The notes under the pieces: model-generated | What the model was told of the DNA's origin: nothing | What the model saw: only the letters and a program-made list of their open reading frames with translations | Database searches by the model: none | Source: Minisyncoccota bacterium | GTDB taxonomy: Archaea; Nanobdellota; Nanobdellia; Pacearchaeales; GW2011-AR1 | Direction: 5' to 3' | Assembly (NCBI GenBank): GCA_035453125.1 | Contig: DAOTCN010000001.1 | Location: 233,634 to 297,633 of the forward strand | Length of the DNA stretch: 64,000 nt | Part shown: piece by piece, positions 26,734-34,598 of the stretch | How the letters are laid out: the number at the start of each line of letters is the position of its first letter | Numbering within the stretch: position 1 is the stretch's first letter | Made by a program: the position numbers and the translations under genes

Positions 26734-27121
26734 AAACCTTTGAAAACAATATACTTATTTCTAATCAATAAACAATATATTTGGTATATTGTAGTGTATA
26801 TTTAATGTGAGAATAAAGTTGATCGATAAGTTTTACTAAAGTTCGACCATTTTAGTATTAATTAAATTTGTTTTTTTAAGTAGAGCTAATTCCTTCTTAA
26901 TAATTTCTATATGACTTTTTCTTTCAATTTCTAAAGCATAAATAGATAAAAAGAAAAAAATAAAGAAAAAAATAAAAAACTGACAAAAATACCTTTTAAA
27001 AATCTTTTAAATGAACTTCTAAAAGAATAAATCAGTACCATTATTGATAATATTAAATGTTATATTTAAAGTTTTATAAAAAAGTTTATATATTTAAAAA
27101 ATATCGAATTTATATAAAAAG

Positions 27122-28543
27122 ATGGCAAAAAGTTGGGTTTTTTTGTTTGCAATATTATTGTTAGCTGGCTTTGTTGCTGCTTCTGATGTTGCTTACATAT
27201 ATAAAAGTGAATCAAAAATTGATCAGAATGTTGTTGATGTTTTAGAATCACTTGGTTTGGAAGTTGATTATGTTCATCAATCAGAATTATCTGGTTTGTC
27301 AGATTATAGATTCATTGTTATTGGTGATGAATATTTTACTGAAGATATTCCAATAACAAAGTATCGAAGTCTTGTTATGAATTATTATTTAGGTGAAGAA
27401 AGTGGGCTTACAAACCGAAATGGTGTAAGCTCGATTAGTTCCGTTAATCCTCTTGAGGTTGCTACTAACTTTGGAGAAATTATAGTTTATAATTCTGAAA
27501 AAGATGTTAGAGGAGATTATTTAGTTTATTATTTTTTAGCAGATGAAAATAAGGCAAAAACATTAATTCCTTATGCCCATACATTTGCAATTGGCTCAGG
27601 AAGAGAGGGAGATGTTATTGCCTTTGCTCCTAAAGGAACTAAACTAGTAAATGGAGAAATTTCTAAAGGAGAAATTTGTTTTTTTGGAATTGTAAAAAGT
27701 AATTATTGGACAGATGATGCAAAAAAATTATTTAATGAATGTGTTAAATATGTTAATGTTATTGATTCAGAAAGTTTTGAAGGTGATGATGATTCATTAA
27801 ATAATTCTGATTCATTAAATAATTCAGGAACTAGAATTGGTTCATTAAAAGCTAATCCGGGAGTAAATAATATACTATTAAATTTTTCAGTGATTATTGA
27901 AAATAATTCTCAATTAAATTATTATGTAAGCAAAGATGGAATTGAATATACTTTTGTTTCTGGAAATGAAACAGGATATAATTTTGAAAACCTTAGTGCT
28001 TCAACAGATTATAATTTTGTTGTTAAATTAATTGATAGTTCTAATATCAGTTTAGATGAAAAAACTATTTCTACAAAAACATTATCTGAAGATGCAGTTA
28101 ATTCAGGAAGTAGTAGTTCTGGAGGTAGTAGTTCTGGAAGTTCTAATACTGGCTCAGATAGTTCTATACCTGGAAATAATAATGAAGCAATAGTAAGTCT
28201 TGGTATTGGGTATTGTGCTAATGAATGGACTTGTACTGAATGGTCAGAATGTAACAATGGAAAACAGACTAGAACTTGCTCATATCTTACACAATATTGT
28301 AAGCCTGAATATGAAAAACCATCTGAATATCAATCTTGTATTGAGAGTAAAGTCAATATTTTAGATATAGGATCAAATTCAACAATTGAAGAACAAGTTA
28401 AATCGAACAATAAACTAACTGGAAGAGTAATTAATGATTTTGGAAAGATTTTTGGAAAGTATTATTGGTTAATTTTTGCTTTTGTTTTCTTACTGATAAT
28501 TTTGTTTTTCTTTTTAGTATTTAGAAAAAAAAATAAAAAATAA
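27122..28543 (+). CDS. secreted, C-terminally anchored surface protein with FN3-like and Cys/Trp-rich modules
   Basis: 473 aa. Signal peptide, DSLNNS tandem duplication, Ser/Gly linker, CANEWTCTEWSECNNGKQTRTC module, C-terminal TM plus KKNKK. Confidence 0.6.
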   Translation: MAKSWVFLFAILLLAGFVAASDVAYIYKSESKIDQNVVDVLESLGLEVDYVHQSELSGLSDYRFIVIGDEYFTEDIPITKYRSLVMNYYLGEESGLTNRNGVSSISSVNPLEVATNFGEIIVYNSEKDVRGDYLVYYFLADENKAKTLIPYAHTFAIGSGREGDVIAFAPKGTKLVNGEISKGEICFFGIVKSNYWTDDAKKLFNECVKYVNVIDSESFEGDDDSLNNSDSLNNSGTRIGSLKANPGVNNILLNFSVIIENNSQLNYYVSKDGIEYTFVSGNETGYNFENLSASTDYNFVVKLIDSSNISLDEKTISTKTLSEDAVNSGSSSSGGSSSGSSNTGSDSSIPGNNNEAIVSLGIGYCANEWTCTEWSECNNGKQTRTCSYLTQYCKPEYEKPSEYQSCIESKVNILDIGSNSTIEEQVKSNNKLTGRVINDFGKIFGKYYWLIFAFVFLLIILFFFLVFRKKNKK

Positions 28544-28591
28544 TCTTTTGATTACATATATTCTTAAAAATTAAAAAAAGTCTGTTTTATC

Positions 28592-28822
28592 ATGAATTAT
28601 AATACTATAAATTACCAAGTATTAAGGGGTTCACCAAAAGAGTATGAAGATCTTGGAATAATAGCAATTTATGTGCCTGAACAAATAAATATCAATGCAC
28701 ATTATGCTTTATTGAATACAAAAGGCATTGAAGTGTTTAAATCGACAAATCTTGATGATATTGTAGATGAGGGAAAAAAGATAATAAAAAAGCATTTTCT
28801 TGAAATATCAAAGAAGATTTGA
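28592..28822 (+). CDS. hypothetical small protein
   Basis: 76-aa ORF. No motif recognised. Confidence 0.35.
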   Translation: MNYNTINYQVLRGSPKEYEDLGIIAIYVPEQININAHYALLNTKGIEVFKSTNLDDIVDEGKKIIKKHFLEISKKI

Positions 28823-28841
28823 GAGAATTTTGGTTAGAATA

Positions 28842-28857
28842 AAACGCCCGGACCAAG
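28842..28857 (-). repeat. 16-nt duplicate of the tRNA-Ser 3' end
   Basis: AAACGCCCGGACCAAG (plus strand) is identical to 28971-28986, which covers the T-stem 3' strand, acceptor 3' strand, discriminator and 3 trailing nt of tRNA-Ser. Confidence 0.85.
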
Positions 28858-28973
28858 CACTAAAAAATCATAGATTTTTGGTGACCATTCGCATTTACAT
28901 GCTCAGGTATTTGAACTTCCAAGTTCAAAGTCAGAATATTAAATGATATTTCACCAAGTTCAATATCATGAAA

Positions 28974-29058
28974 CGCCCGGACCAAGATTTGAACTTGGGA
29001 ATCGCTTGCGCGAAACAGGTTTAGCAAACCTGCGCCGTAACCGCTGGGCCATCCGGGC
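28974..29058 (-). tRNA. tRNA-Ser (anticodon GCT)
   Basis: Acceptor GCCCGGA/TCCGGGC, anticodon arm CAGGT-TTGCTAA-ACCTG, long variable arm TCGC-GCAA-GCGA, T arm CCAAG-TTCAAAT-CTTGG. Confidence 0.92.
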
Positions 29059-29109
29059 ATGTAATATGATGAAACTTAAGGAATTTAAAGGTTTTTATTA
29101 TCATATTTT

Positions 29110-29526
29110 TCACTTTAATAGTGGGAGAATATATGTTGTAAACAAAGTTGTTAGACCAAACGAAATTGTTCCCCAAGCCATATCAATTAAGGCTATTTTT
29201 AAAGTAAATTTTTCAAGAATTGCATAATTTGTTAAATCATAAACTCCATAAATAATAAGTCCCATAAAAGCTCCAACCAAAACTTTTGTAACTAATGATT
29301 CTTGATTTGAAATTGCTGGAAGAATAAATAAAACAACTGCTAAAGCAAGCAAGTGATAAACAAGAAGGGCTGCTGGCCAGTTGGGTATTATTGATTTGCC
29401 GTCTGTCCGGACAATTGGTTTCATTTCTGAAAAATAAATATTTTTTGATATTAAACCAAGCCAAATAAAGTCCATTAGTGCAATAAAAATAAGAACAATA
29501 AAAAACATTTTTATTTCAAGCATCAT
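29110..29526 (-). CDS. membrane protein (DUF2177-like)
   Basis: 138 aa, 4 TM segments. MDFIWLG...YDLTNYAIL...DMAWG pattern recalled for DUF2177. Confidence 0.5.
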   Translation of the reverse strand: MMLEIKMFFIVLIFIALMDFIWLGLISKNIYFSEMKPIVRTDGKSIIPNWPAALLVYHLLALAVVLFILPAISNQESLVTKVLVGAFMGLIIYGVYDLTNYAILEKFTLKIALIDMAWGTISFGLTTLFTTYILPLLK

Positions 29527-29603
29527 TTTGTTTAATAGAATTTAGTGTTTATATATTTTGACTTTTCAATAAGTTTATATATTAATAATTAATTAATTTA
29601 ACA

Positions 29604-30116
29604 ATGGCTAAGGTGAATAGACTTAAAAAAGAGATTAAAAAAAATAAGAGAAATTCTAAGATTAACATACCTATCTTAATTTTATCATTTTTGCTTGTGA
29701 TAATTACTGCAACTATTGGCAGTTCAGTGACTGTAATTGATGAATGGTATGATTCAGTTAGACCTTCAATTACTCCTCCAAGCATTGCATTTCCAATTGT
29801 CTGGACCATACTTTTTTTTATGATGGGTCTTTCAATGTATTTTGCATGGACAAACACAAACAAAAAGAAAGAAAAAATAAAAATATTTTTGTTATTTGGA
29901 ATAAATTATATTCTTAATGTTCTTTGGAGTTTCCTATTTTTTGGCATAAGAAAACCAATTTATGCTTTTTATGAAATAATAGTCTTATGGATTTCAATAC
30001 TTGTAATGGTTATTTATTTAAGAAAAATTGACAAAAAAGCATCTTGGTTGTTAGTTCCTTATTTATTATGGGTTAGCTTTGCTTCTTTGCTTACAGGATT
30101 AGTTGCATTTGCGTAA
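29604..30116 (+). CDS. tspO: TspO/MBR family tryptophan-rich sensory protein
   Basis: 170 aa, 5 TM. WYDSVRPSITPPSIAFPIVWTILFFMMG and LWVSFA motifs. TATA at 29574-29581. Confidence 0.85.
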   Translation: MAKVNRLKKEIKKNKRNSKINIPILILSFLLVIITATIGSSVTVIDEWYDSVRPSITPPSIAFPIVWTILFFMMGLSMYFAWTNTNKKKEKIKIFLLFGINYILNVLWSFLFFGIRKPIYAFYEIIVLWISILVMVIYLRKIDKKASWLLVPYLLWVSFASLLTGLVAFA

Positions 30117-30158
30117 GCAATAATGAAAGAATTTGAAAATCAAATTATAACAAATATA

Positions 30159-30166
30159 TTTATAAA
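30159..30166 (+). promoter_or_regulatory. TATA box (TTTATAAA) of the dut operon
   Basis: Ends 22 nt before the ATG at 30188. Confidence 0.6.
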
Positions 30167-30187
30167 AGAAGTTTTATTCATATAAAA

Positions 30188-30733
30188 ATGGCAAAAAAAG
30201 TGGTGAAAAAAAGATATAATGAAAATGTTAGTTTTAATAGTAATATCCTAAAAGTAATGAAATTATCAAAAACTGCTGAACTTCCAGAATATGCATTGGA
30301 ATGTGATGTTGCTTTTGATATTCGTTCTAATGAATCAAAAGAATTAAAACCTTTTGAACAAGAAGCAATAAGAACTGGAATTGCAATTGAAATTCCTAAG
30401 GGATATATTGGACTAATAAGAGACAGAGCAGGAATTGTAACAAAATTAGGAGTTCATGCAATTGCTGGAACGTTTGATGAAAATTATCGTAAGGAAGTAA
30501 CTATTTTTTTAATTAATTTTTCAGATGATCCTATATTCATTGAAAGGGGTATGAGAATTGCACAAATGATACTTGTACCAATAAATAAAGTAAAGATTGT
30601 TGAGGTAAAAAATCTTTCAGAAACGCAAAGAAGTGATAGAGAAATAGGTTCAACAGGAATGAATGAACTATTAAGTGAACTTAATATGATAGCTTCTCAA
30701 GGAGAAAAGAATTTAAGGAAGAAAAAACATTGA
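30188..30733 (+). CDS. dut: dUTP diphosphatase
   Basis: 181 aa. Trimeric dUTPase motifs AFDIRS, GLIRDRAGI, GTFDENYRKEV, RIAQMILVPI, R..GSTG. Confidence 0.88.
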   Translation: MAKKVVKKRYNENVSFNSNILKVMKLSKTAELPEYALECDVAFDIRSNESKELKPFEQEAIRTGIAIEIPKGYIGLIRDRAGIVTKLGVHAIAGTFDENYRKEVTIFLINFSDDPIFIERGMRIAQMILVPINKVKIVEVKNLSETQRSDREIGSTGMNELLSELNMIASQGEKNLRKKKH

Positions 30734-30738
30734 TTATT

Positions 30739-31158
30739 ATGAAAAAGAGAAAGTTTAACTGGTCAATATTTTTATGGCTTCTTATTTCAATAAGTATTAT
30801 TTATAGCATACATAATATAATTACATTCATTTTAAGTAAATATAATCTACCCATAATAATGGTATCATTTTTACCTTATATTTTTGATTTAACATTAATT
30901 ATAATAATATTTGCTTATATTAAATATATAAAAGAGAAAAAATTTGAGAGATTGTTAAAAATATTTATCTGGGCTCCATTTTTAGATATTGCAATTAATT
31001 TTTTTATTTTTTTAATTAGTTTATTTTTTAATTATGAAAATGAAATAACTTTAATTTTTAAACAAGGGTATGGAATATTTTTTATAGCTTTAGTTATGAT
31101 TGCTGATTGGTTATGGTGGAAAGTAATAAATATTAAAAAAACAAAAAATGCAATTTAA
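30739..31158 (+). CDS. hypothetical multi-pass membrane protein
   Basis: ATG 5 nt after the dut stop. 4 hydrophobic helices. Overlaps the next gene by 11 nt. Confidence 0.5.
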   Translation: MKKRKFNWSIFLWLLISISIIYSIHNIITFILSKYNLPIIMVSFLPYIFDLTLIIIIFAYIKYIKEKKFERLLKIFIWAPFLDIAINFFIFLISLFFNYENEITLIFKQGYGIFFIALVMIADWLWWKVINIKKTKNAI

Positions 31159-31807
31159 ACTTTCAACCTCTTCTATTTCATTAATGGAAGATTGTCCAAG
31201 ATGTTTTTGGTTAGATAAGCATAATGTATGGAAAAGGCCTACTGGAATTTTTCCAAGTTTACCTAATGGTATGGATAGAATTTTAAAAAAACATTTTGAT
31301 AATTTCCGAGACAAAGGAAAATTACCTCCAGAACTATGTGCAACCAGTCATTGTAGTGAAATGAGATTGTTTGGAATAAATGAAGAAGAAAAAGAGTTAT
31401 TAAGAATCTGGAGAGATAATCGTTCAGGTATAGAATATGAGGATGATGAAGGAAATAGATTAATGGGTGCAGTTGATAATGTACTTGTTAAAGATGATAA
31501 GTTGATTGTCTTAGATTATAAAACTAGGGGATATCCTTGCAAAGAAGATACTCATGAACACTACCAAAAACAGTTAGATATTTACAATTTTTTGTTGGAA
31601 AAAAATGGTTTTAATATTGAAGACTATGGATTCTTGCTTTTTTATGTTCCAAAAGAGGTTTTAGAAACAGGAGAAGTTATTTTTGATACTGAACTTATAA
31701 AAATGAAAATAAACACAGAAGAAGCAGAAAAGATATTTAATCGTGCTTTAAAAATTCTTAATGGTAAATGTCCTAGTGAAGTTTGTGAATGGTGTAAGGG
31801 TGTTTAA
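31148..31807 (+). CDS. Cas4/RecB-like PD-(D/E)XK nuclease with 4-Cys cluster (stand-alone)
   Basis: 219 aa. N-terminal CPRCFWL, GAVDNV, LDYKT (D/ExK), QLDIY (QxxxY), C-terminal CPSEVCEWC. Confidence 0.75.
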   Translation: MQFKLSTSSISLMEDCPRCFWLDKHNVWKRPTGIFPSLPNGMDRILKKHFDNFRDKGKLPPELCATSHCSEMRLFGINEEEKELLRIWRDNRSGIEYEDDEGNRLMGAVDNVLVKDDKLIVLDYKTRGYPCKEDTHEHYQKQLDIYNFLLEKNGFNIEDYGFLLFYVPKEVLETGEVIFDTELIKMKINTEEAEKIFNRALKILNGKCPSEVCEWCKGV

Positions 31808-31828
31808 TAAATTTATTTTTTGTAAAAA

Positions 31829-32206
31829 TTAATTATTTAATATTCCACCCCATTCAACTACTACAAATCCTTTTCTTTCAGGTTTTATTATAACTGGTTC
31901 ATTTATTTGTTTAATATTTTCTAAAGGGTTGAAATAAAAGTTAGCTCTTATAATTGTGTCTGGTTGGGGTGAAATAATAAGGCCCATATTATTATTTAAG
32001 AATTCTTTACTTAATAATTTAATTTCATAATAATTTGATTCAGGTAATTCATTAAGCCAGTATTCCTTAAACTGATAAATCTCTTTTTCATTTAAGCCTA
32101 ATTCTTTTAGATTAGTATCAAACCAATCATTAAGATTATTATAACTAACAACCCATCCTTCATTTGGAAGAACTAAATCATTTAATTCTGCTTTAGTGTA
32201 ACGTGT
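31829..32206 (-). pseudogene. start-less (5'-truncated) gene remnant
   Basis: 125 sense codons run from an in-frame TGA (32207-32209) to TAA (31829-31831), with normal-looking protein sequence (..EGWVVSYNNLNDWFDTNLKELGLNEKEIYQFKEYWLNELP..). The first ATG/GTG/TTG is only at 31987. Confidence 0.4.
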
Positions 32207-32241
32207 TCAAATTTTATTCTAGAAATAGTGATTAAAAAATT

Positions 32242-32388
32242 CTAAAATAAATTTACACCAAATTGTATCAGACCCCACAATATTAGATATAGACCAATAC
32301 CCCATCTCAAAAGCTTAGGGAATATCAATACCAAAATTCCAACTAAAATTGCAAGTCCTGCTGAAATCGCTAAACTTATTGCTACCAT
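32242..32388 (-). CDS. small membrane protein (DUF3096-like), absent from the ORF track
   Basis: 48 aa: MVAISLAISAGLAILVGILVLIFPKLLRWGIGLYLILWGLIQFGVNLF. Strong GGAGGTG (32392-32398) lies 3 nt upstream of the ATG. Confidence 0.55.
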   Translation of the reverse strand: MVAISLAISAGLAILVGILVLIFPKLLRWGIGLYLILWGLIQFGVNLF

Positions 32389-32419
32389 TTTCACCTCCGT
32401 TTTATTAAATGATTAAAGG

Positions 32420-32427
32420 TTTATATA
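32420..32427 (+). promoter_or_regulatory. TATA box (TTTATATA) of the GDPD gene
   Basis: AAAGG-TTTATATA ends 22 nt before the ATG at 32449. Confidence 0.6.
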
Positions 32428-32448
32428 TATTATTAATTTAAAATAGTT

Positions 32449-33408
32449 ATGAAAATAAAAAATAAAGTTATGATTAGTACTATTCCTCCTTTATTGATTA
32501 TTGTTTTATTTGTATTATTTACTCTTTTTATCTTAGTACCTGTTGAAAATTTAGGTGATAATTACATTCTAGGAGCACATAGGGGAAATTCTATTGATTT
32601 TATTGAAAATACTCTTCCTGCTTTTGAATCTGCAGTCAATAATGAAAAATATAAGTTCATAGAATTTGATATTCAATATACTAAAGATAAACATATAATT
32701 TTACATCATGACTTAAGTTTAGCTAGATTGCAACAAAAACCATATAAAATACAAAATTTAAATTATGAAGAATTACTTATAAAAAGTAATTATTATATTC
32801 CTAATTATTCTGAAGTTATGAATATTGTTTCTAAAAAGAAACCACTTAATATTGAAATTAAATCTCAAGGAAATTTTGAAGATGATAAAAAACTTGCTGA
32901 TTTTATAATTTCTGATTTGACTGAAAGGAATTTGATTAATTCGACTTTAATTAGTTCTGTATCAAAAGAAATAATTAGATATATTAATGAAAAGTATAAC
33001 AATTACTCATATTATACTGAAAATTTATCAAAAGAAGAGGTTGTTTATTTTGAGGAATATTATAACAAAGATAAGTGGATTGATACGGGGGTCGTATATT
33101 ATATTGAAAAAAGTACTTTTTTTCATGGTGTTTGTGATTGGTTTAAAGAAACAGAGTTATATCACTGCGCTAGTAATGAAATGATTCAAGGATTAACATG
33201 GTCTGGAGCGAATTATTTAATGGTACATGGAAGTAACATGAGAGATAATTATAACTTACAGGTTTTTTTACCAAAAAATTCTGCAATTGTATTTTGGAAT
33301 TTTGATGATAAAATGTATTTAATTCTTCCTAATAAAGAAAATTGGAAAAAGAAATATAATATAAATATAGAAAAATTTGGTGAAATAAAACCTTGGTGGA
33401 TTGATTAA
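32449..33408 (+). CDS. glycerophosphodiester phosphodiesterase family protein, membrane-anchored
   Basis: 319 aa. N-terminal TM, then GAHRGNS..ENTLPAFESAV..FEFDIQYTKDKHIILHHD, typical of GDPD. Confidence 0.8.
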   Translation: MKIKNKVMISTIPPLLIIVLFVLFTLFILVPVENLGDNYILGAHRGNSIDFIENTLPAFESAVNNEKYKFIEFDIQYTKDKHIILHHDLSLARLQQKPYKIQNLNYEELLIKSNYYIPNYSEVMNIVSKKKPLNIEIKSQGNFEDDKKLADFIISDLTERNLINSTLISSVSKEIIRYINEKYNNYSYYTENLSKEEVVYFEEYYNKDKWIDTGVVYYIEKSTFFHGVCDWFKETELYHCASNEMIQGLTWSGANYLMVHGSNMRDNYNLQVFLPKNSAIVFWNFDDKMYLILPNKENWKKKYNINIEKFGEIKPWWID

Positions 33409-33761
33409 TAATTTAATAATCTCAATTCTTCTTCAAGGTCCGATATTCTTTCTTTATTTACTTTGTAAACAGGTCTAGATTCATTACCTTTTTTATAATC
33501 CATTTCTATAATCCCTTTTTGTACATAAACCTCTAAAGCTTCTTTAATCCTTTTACCAGTAGCTTTTATTTTAACATCATTTAATGAACGATTAATTATT
33601 TGAGCGATAGCTGATGGTGCAAATGATTTTGGATAATCTTTATTAAAATAAAGTTGTTTTAATGCATTAAAAGTAATTTCATTATCTGAAAAAGGGTCTC
33701 CTCTACCCTTATAAACATAAAGACTACTATTCTTTAAAAATCTTGATTTTCTAATTCTCAT
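33405..33761 (-). CDS. hypothetical protein (possible wHTH)
   Basis: 118 aa. Last gene of the Lhr-MPE string. TATA ends about 22 nt upstream. Confidence 0.4.
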   Translation of the reverse strand: MRIRKSRFLKNSSLYVYKGRGDPFSDNEITFNALKQLYFNKDYPKSFAPSAIAQIINRSLNDVKIKATGKRIKEALEVYVQKGIIEMDYKKGNESRPVYKVNKERISDLEEELRLLNY

Positions 33762-33802
33762 ATAAAATGTTAAAAAAGAGGTTTTATAAAAGTTTATATG
33801 TT

Positions 33803-34552
33803 CTATTTTTTAATTAAATCTCTGAGTTTTCCAAAATTAAAAATTGAACTATTTCCCAATGCAAAAACTTCAAAATTTTTTAAATTATTTGGAGGTATTA
33901 TACATGCATTTTCTGAGATATACTCATTTATGCTGGTACCTTCAATAAGAGGAAAGAAGCTCGGAAGAATAAAAAATTGTTTTGATTTATAATTTCCTAT
34001 CAAAAAACATTTGTATTTCTCAGACCGTATATTTTGATAATCTGAAATATTAATCGCAGGATGCAAATGACCCATTACAACTCTTTTAATTTTCTTTGTG
34101 AATATCTCAGGAAAAATTTTATCTCCATGAATAAAGGCAATGTCTTGATATACATAATAAAAAACAAATGTTCTCTCTAAACTTTCTAGCTTTTCATGAT
34201 TTCCTCTTATGAATACAATATCTTCTTTGTTAATATGTTTTTCAATAAGATTAAGCAATTCAATGAATATATTTCTTTCTTGTTTCTTATAGCTAAAATA
34301 ATGTTTGATATCTCCAAGAAATATTAATTTATTTAATTTTATCTTTCTTTGTTCTAACTTTTTTATAACATCTTCAAGCTCTTCAAGTGTCTGATTAATC
34401 TGAGATAAAGGCATATTTGTTCCAGATTCTTTAAGCATTAATTCATATCCTAAATGAAGATCTCCGACTACAAGTATTTTTTCATTTTTAAAAAATAATG
34501 TTTTTCCAATGAATTCATATTCAATATTTTCATTTTTAAATTTAGTTTTCAT
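33803..34552 (-). CDS. Lhr-associated metallophosphoesterase (MPE/PdeM-like)
   Basis: 249 aa. VVGDLHLGYE, GDIKH, RGNHE, GHLHP. Immediately downstream of the Lhr-type helicase. Confidence 0.8.
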   Translation of the reverse strand: MKTKFKNENIEYEFIGKTLFFKNEKILVVGDLHLGYELMLKESGTNMPLSQINQTLEELEDVIKKLEQRKIKLNKLIFLGDIKHYFSYKKQERNIFIELLNLIEKHINKEDIVFIRGNHEKLESLERTFVFYYVYQDIAFIHGDKIFPEIFTKKIKRVVMGHLHPAINISDYQNIRSEKYKCFLIGNYKSKQFFILPSFFPLIEGTSINEYISENACIIPPNNLKNFEVFALGNSSIFNFGKLRDLIKK

Positions 34553-34598
34553 TTAAAATTATATAAATAGTAGTTTATTAAAGTTATTTATCAAAAAA

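Noticed and set aside
26734-27121. 388-bp AT-rich spacer before the surface-protein gene as an ncRNA or decayed gene
   Set aside because: It holds only short A/T-rich open stretches (for example ..ALEIERKSHIEIIKKELALLKKTNLINTKMVEL*) with no start. It has no stable helices and no GC-rich core. There is not enough signal to call anything beyond promoter-rich spacer.
28860-29227. ORFs 28860-29060 (-) and 28943-29227 (+)
   Set aside because: Both run through the tRNA-Ser gene and its duplicated 3' debris. The GC-rich tRNA sequence creates the open frames. They are not credible proteins.
33803-34552. Phosphoesterase next to Lhr as Mre11
   Set aside because: At 249 aa, the motif set and the adjacency to an Lhr-type helicase fit the MPE/PdeM family instead. 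No Rad50-like ATPase is adjacent.
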